Assembly (NCBI GenBank): GCA_043825855.1 | Contig: JBDRRJ010000033.1 | Coordinates: 235-64,234 of the forward strand | DNA from: Pseudomonadota bacterium | GTDB taxonomy: Bacteria > Desulfobacterota > UBA8473 | DNA length: 64,000 nucleotides | Direction: 5' to 3' | Part shown: piece after piece, positions 60,587 to 64,000 of the stretch | How the letters are laid out: the number at the start of each line of letters is the position of its first letter | How positions within the stretch are numbered: position 1 is the stretch's first letter | Position numbers and translations under genes: made by a program | Notes under the pieces: model-generated | Databases searched by the model: none | Seen by the model: the letters and a program-made list of their open reading frames with translations, nothing else | Told to the model about the DNA's origin: nothing

Positions 60587-61123
60587 TTACCTGAGTGCCT
60601 TATCCCTCTTTTCTAATTCTATTTCCAGATTCTTCAAAAGCTGTATATCTTTTTTTAACTGATCAGTGTCCTTTTTAAGCTGTTCGTTATCTTTTTTTAA
60701 TTGTTCATTCTCCTGAAAAAGCCTGCTTTTATCTGCCTGCGTTTTGTCAGCCAGCTGTTTATCAGAGTTACTTTTTTCCTTCATTGCCAGCATATTATTA
60801 ATTATCCTGACAAAGGTTTCAGAAAGTTTGCACCACTCGCTTTTAGGATAGTTTTTCACTAACAGCTTAAATGCTGACTTCGCTTTCAAATAGTCAGCGT
60901 TTACTTCATAGTTACCTAAAAATGAAACAGCCTCAAGGAAAAGATCTTTATCGGGTTTTGATATTTCGACTACAGGCTTATTTTCAATTATGACTTCATC
61001 TTCAGTCTCCTGAACTGTTTCAGCAGGCAGAACACCTGAGTCAGGAATTGTTGGTGCAGCGGAAGCGCAAGCCATAAGAAAGATAGTTATAAGAAAAAGA
61101 ACAAAATATCTTTTATAGTTCAT
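60587..61123 (-). CDS. Lipoprotein with C-terminal heptad coiled coil
   Basis: Signal peptide with lipobox LMAC. C-terminus NEQLKKDNEQLKKDTDQLKKDIQLLKN. Confidence 0.5.
   Translation of the reverse strand: MNYKRYFVLFLITIFLMACASAAPTIPDSGVLPAETVQETEDEVIIENKPVVEISKPDKDLFLEAVSFLGNYEVNADYLKAKSAFKLLVKNYPKSEWCKLSETFVRIINNMLAMKEKSNSDKQLADKTQADKSRLFQENEQLKKDNEQLKKDTDQLKKDIQLLKNLEIELEKRDKALR
60640..60720. repeat. Imperfect 21-nt tandem repeat (about 3.5 copies) encoding the coiled-coil heptads
   Basis: ctttttt(t)aa(c/t)tg(a/t)tc-type units are repeated in phase within the lipoprotein gene. Confidence 0.5.
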
Positions 61124-61139
61124 ATTATCGCTCCTTCAA

Positions 61140-62465
61140 TCAGATACGTTTCTTGAGTTTTACATAGTTACTTCCGGGTAATGCTTTAGCATATTCTTTT
61201 AATTTTGCTGCCATCTTTGCCATATCAAGGGGGTTTTTAAAATGTGTGCCGTCATCGGTAACCATAGCAATAGTTATGGTTAGGAGAGGAAACTTTTGCA
61301 AAACACCTTTCCTGTCTTTCCCCACGATAAAACCTTTCTTTCTATCTTCATCACTATAAAATCTTAGTATATGACGATCAAACTCTGATATAACCTGCTT
61401 ACATATCTGTTCTGCCAGCATGGGTTCGGAAATAAAGACAAAGTCATCGCCTCCAACATGACCGAGAAAGTCATCTTCCCGCCCTAAAATCTTTATGTAG
61501 TTAGTAAGGATATCGGCAACTTCTTTAATGACTTCACTTCCCCAGGCATAACCGTATTTATCTGCAAATGGTTTAAAGTTATCAAGATCTACATGACAAA
61601 GGGAAAAGTATTTTTTCTCAGCAAGTCGTTTTTCAATCTCTTGTTCAATCGCAATATTACCGGGAAGACGGGTTAAAGGAGATGCATCTAGGTTGAGCGC
61701 TTCAAGTACCTTGAGACGTTCTGCCATTAAAGTAAAAGCACTGGCTAAACTTCCTATTTCATCATCACGACTAATGGCAAGGGGATAATCGAATCTTCCT
61801 TCAGCAATCATGCCTGTACCTTTTTCGAGTTTCTTTATGGGTATGGAAATATTATGGGTAATCAAAAAAGCAAGTGATAACCCTGCAATAAGACTTATAA
61901 GACTAAGAACGACTGTAATCCTGGATGCTTTGACGCCTCGCTGTTTAATCAGATTCATTCTAGCATCAATATCCTTTTCAGACTCATTCTGTATTGTCCT
62001 TAGATATGATGCCATTTGATCTATTATTTTTTTGCCTTTCAATTCAGAGATATTTATGGCATCTTCAACAAGATTTTGTTGTATCAGTAATATTTCCTGA
62101 CGGAAGAGATCATCATATTGAGTATGAAGTGATGATAATTTTGAAAGCATGATAGTAAAACCGGAAATACGTTCTCTTTTAATATTCTTAATTCCATCAC
62201 TGAATTCCTTACTTCTTGTCCAGAATATTTCTTCGAGGGTTTGGTCTTTAAGAATCAAATATTTCTTCTCGGAACTTTCCTGTGCTATCAGAACACCCAT
62301 CATTGCCTTGCTTGTATCAAGGGCCATAAAATTCTTATTTATTATTGCATATGCTAGCCTATTTAGGTCCTGCAAACTGATTATAGCATATGTGCTACCC
62401 AAAATAGTAAATAGAACCATAGCCATATAACTAAAAATCAGTTTTCGTTTTATAGTCATTTTCAT
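61140..62465 (-). CDS. Membrane-anchored sensor diguanylate cyclase (GGDEF domain, variant GGDDF motif)
   Basis: 441 aa. N-terminal TM, a periplasmic-like segment and a second TM. GGDEF-domain core with the signature reading HVGGDDFVF. Confidence 0.7.
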   Translation of the reverse strand: MKMTIKRKLIFSYMAMVLFTILGSTYAIISLQDLNRLAYAIINKNFMALDTSKAMMGVLIAQESSEKKYLILKDQTLEEIFWTRSKEFSDGIKNIKRERISGFTIMLSKLSSLHTQYDDLFRQEILLIQQNLVEDAINISELKGKKIIDQMASYLRTIQNESEKDIDARMNLIKQRGVKASRITVVLSLISLIAGLSLAFLITHNISIPIKKLEKGTGMIAEGRFDYPLAISRDDEIGSLASAFTLMAERLKVLEALNLDASPLTRLPGNIAIEQEIEKRLAEKKYFSLCHVDLDNFKPFADKYGYAWGSEVIKEVADILTNYIKILGREDDFLGHVGGDDFVFISEPMLAEQICKQVISEFDRHILRFYSDEDRKKGFIVGKDRKGVLQKFPLLTITIAMVTDDGTHFKNPLDMAKMAAKLKEYAKALPGSNYVKLKKRI

Positions 62466-62648
62466 ATTATAAACCTTAGTATTTCTTTTACAATTTTAAA
62501 TATTTTATTTAAATTAAACTTTTATGATTTTTATATTATAGGTTGTATGCTTGTCAAGAAAGTTTTATCATCAGAATTATTTTGGCAGATTAAATTGAAA
62601 TTCCTTGATATATTTATTAGTTTAATTATATTATTTTTTTAGATAAAA

Positions 62649-62656
62649 TGTATAAT
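62649..62656 (+). promoter_or_regulatory. Extended -10 promoter element (TGtATAAT) for the class II aldolase gene
   Basis: TG at 62649..62650 followed by TATAAT 62651..62656. RBS AGAGGAGGA at 62681..62689. ATG at 62695. Confidence 0.5.
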
Positions 62657-62694
62657 TAAATTTACAAAATTATTTAAAAGAGAGGAGGACTATC

Positions 62695-63690
62695 ATGGCA
62701 ATAAGCTATAAAGAACTGGGCTTAGTCAACACACGTAATATGTTCAAAAAAGCCATGGATGGAGGATATGCAGTCCCTGCTTACAACTTTAACAATATGG
62801 AGCAGATTCAGGCCATTATAAATGGGTGTGGTCAATCCAGATCCCCGGTAATCCTCCAAGTCTCCAAGGGGGCTAGAAATTACGCGAATTCAACTCTTCT
62901 CCGCAACATGGGAAAAGGTGCGGTAGAAATGGCCCGTGAACTTGGTTATAATATTCCAATAGCTCTTCATCTAGACCACGGTGACAGTTATGAACTATGT
63001 GTCTCCTGTATAGAAAGCGGTTTTTCTTCGGTAATGATCGACGGCTCTCACCTTTCATATAATGAAAATATCGAATTGACCAGAAAAGTTGTCAAATACG
63101 CACATGAATACGATGTTACTGTTGAAGGAGAACTAGGCATACTGGCTGGTATCGAAGATGATGTAGTTGCAGCCAGGTCTTCTTATACACAGCCCGAAGA
63201 GGTTGAAGACTTCGTTAATAAAACCGGCGTTGATTCTCTTGCAATTTCAATAGGTACTTCTCACGGCGCATACAAATTCAAGCCAGAGCAGTGCACTCTT
63301 AATAAAGATGGTATTCTTACCCCCCCTCCCCTGCGCTTTGATATCCTTGAGGAAATCGAAAAGCGAATTCCCGGCTTTCCTATCGTTTTGCATGGAGCCA
63401 GTTCCGTCCTGCTCAAATATGTTGACCTTATTAATAGCAATGGTGGAGCATTAGCCGATGCTGTTGGTATTCCTGAAGATCAGCTTAGAAAAGCGGCAAA
63501 ATCTGCTGTATGCAAAATCAATATAGATTCTGATGGACGTTTAGCTGTTACAGCCATTATTCGAAAAATATTTAACGAAAAGCCGGCCGAATTTGACCCT
63601 CGTAAATACTTGGGACCTGCCCGCGATGAGCTTATGAAGATGATCATTGAAAAAAACAAAAATGTGTTAGGCAGCGCAGATCGATACTAA
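62695..63690 (+). CDS. fba: Class II fructose-1,6-bisphosphate aldolase
   Basis: 331 aa. VPAYNFNNMEQ...LHLDHG metal-binding motifs of the class II FBA/tagatose-bisphosphate aldolase family. Confidence 0.9.
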   Translation: MAISYKELGLVNTRNMFKKAMDGGYAVPAYNFNNMEQIQAIINGCGQSRSPVILQVSKGARNYANSTLLRNMGKGAVEMARELGYNIPIALHLDHGDSYELCVSCIESGFSSVMIDGSHLSYNENIELTRKVVKYAHEYDVTVEGELGILAGIEDDVVAARSSYTQPEEVEDFVNKTGVDSLAISIGTSHGAYKFKPEQCTLNKDGILTPPPLRFDILEEIEKRIPGFPIVLHGASSVLLKYVDLINSNGGALADAVGIPEDQLRKAAKSAVCKINIDSDGRLAVTAIIRKIFNEKPAEFDPRKYLGPARDELMKMIIEKNKNVLGSADRY

Positions 63691-63955
63691 TTATTTAATC
63701 CTGAAAAATTGAAACTTCCTTTGAAACATACATGGGCAGGGATGCACTTACCGTACATACCCAATCAACACACTACAAGGCTTTTGGCCCTAATATCAAG
63801 GATCTGATCACCGGCACACCGGAATTAACCATTATGGATAAGGTCTTGGCGGTTTAAAAAAATAAGATGTTAGATTTAAATATTAAAGGGTCTTGACTAG
63901 AACAGAGAGTTAAAAAGTGGTATAAGTCTAGTCATGACAATGAAAAACAAGTATG

Positions 63956-64000
63956 TAAAACGTTCAAGAATTTCTGAGGCGAAATTTAGGGAACTTGTAA
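63956..64000 (+). CDS. 5' end of an ORF with transposase-like HTH N-terminus (partial, window edge)
   Basis: ATG-initiated MTMKNKYVKRSRISE (first 15 codons; runs off the window edge at 64000). Impression only: N-terminus reminiscent of some IS transposase HTH domains; not database-checked. Upstream TTGACT...TGgTATAAG promoter-like elements at about 63894..63942. Confidence 0.25.

Noticed and set aside
1-64000. CRISPR arrays / long direct-repeat arrays
   Set aside because: No regularly spaced repeats seen. The only tandem repetition is the in-frame 21-nt heptad repeat inside the lipoprotein gene.

Overview
This 64 kb window is an AT-rich bacterial chromosomal segment (GC looks mid-30s % by eye; not computed). 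Genes are densely packed and mostly on the minus strand.

**Recognisable housekeeping content**
- Stress and RNA/DNA processing: a conserved phoH / 7TM-HD / ybeY block, greA, Sir2 deacylase, mazG, tsaE, xseA, lon, hsp20, pcm, mnmG.
- Biosynthesis and metabolism: pabA-pabB-pabC, cysD-cysN, two class I/II aminotransferases, class I and class II aldolases, a PduO-type adenosyltransferase, an M16 peptidase.
- One tRNA-Arg(CCU).

**Less ordinary loci worth follow-up**
1. A three-gene putative secreted module: small membrane protein, a DUF4384-like secreted protein, and a 968-aa signal-peptide / WD40 propeller / C-terminal metacaspase-like (C14, His-Cys dyad) protein.
2. A phosphofructokinase fused to an N-terminal receiver-like domain that lacks the phospho-acceptor Asp (pseudo-receiver).
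3. A small AT-rich accessory island between mazG and tsaE holding two diverged tandem paralogs (111 aa each) and a divergently transcribed XRE-family HTH regulator.
4. A NusG-paralog (NGN+KOW) gene at the head of a cysD-cysN-alkaline-phosphatase-family operon.
5. A frameshifted YjbQ pseudogene, with an intact paralog elsewhere in the window.
6. A 35-aa highly basic ORF with a strong SD that is not in the supplied ORF track, immediately upstream of a HAD/HAD/DUF62 (SAM hydroxide adenosyltransferase) gene string.
7. At the 3' window edge, a short higher-GC ORF remnant and the first 15 codons of a transposase-like ORF.

No CRISPR array, rRNA, or intact prophage was seen. All functional calls are from motif recognition by eye; no database search was possible.
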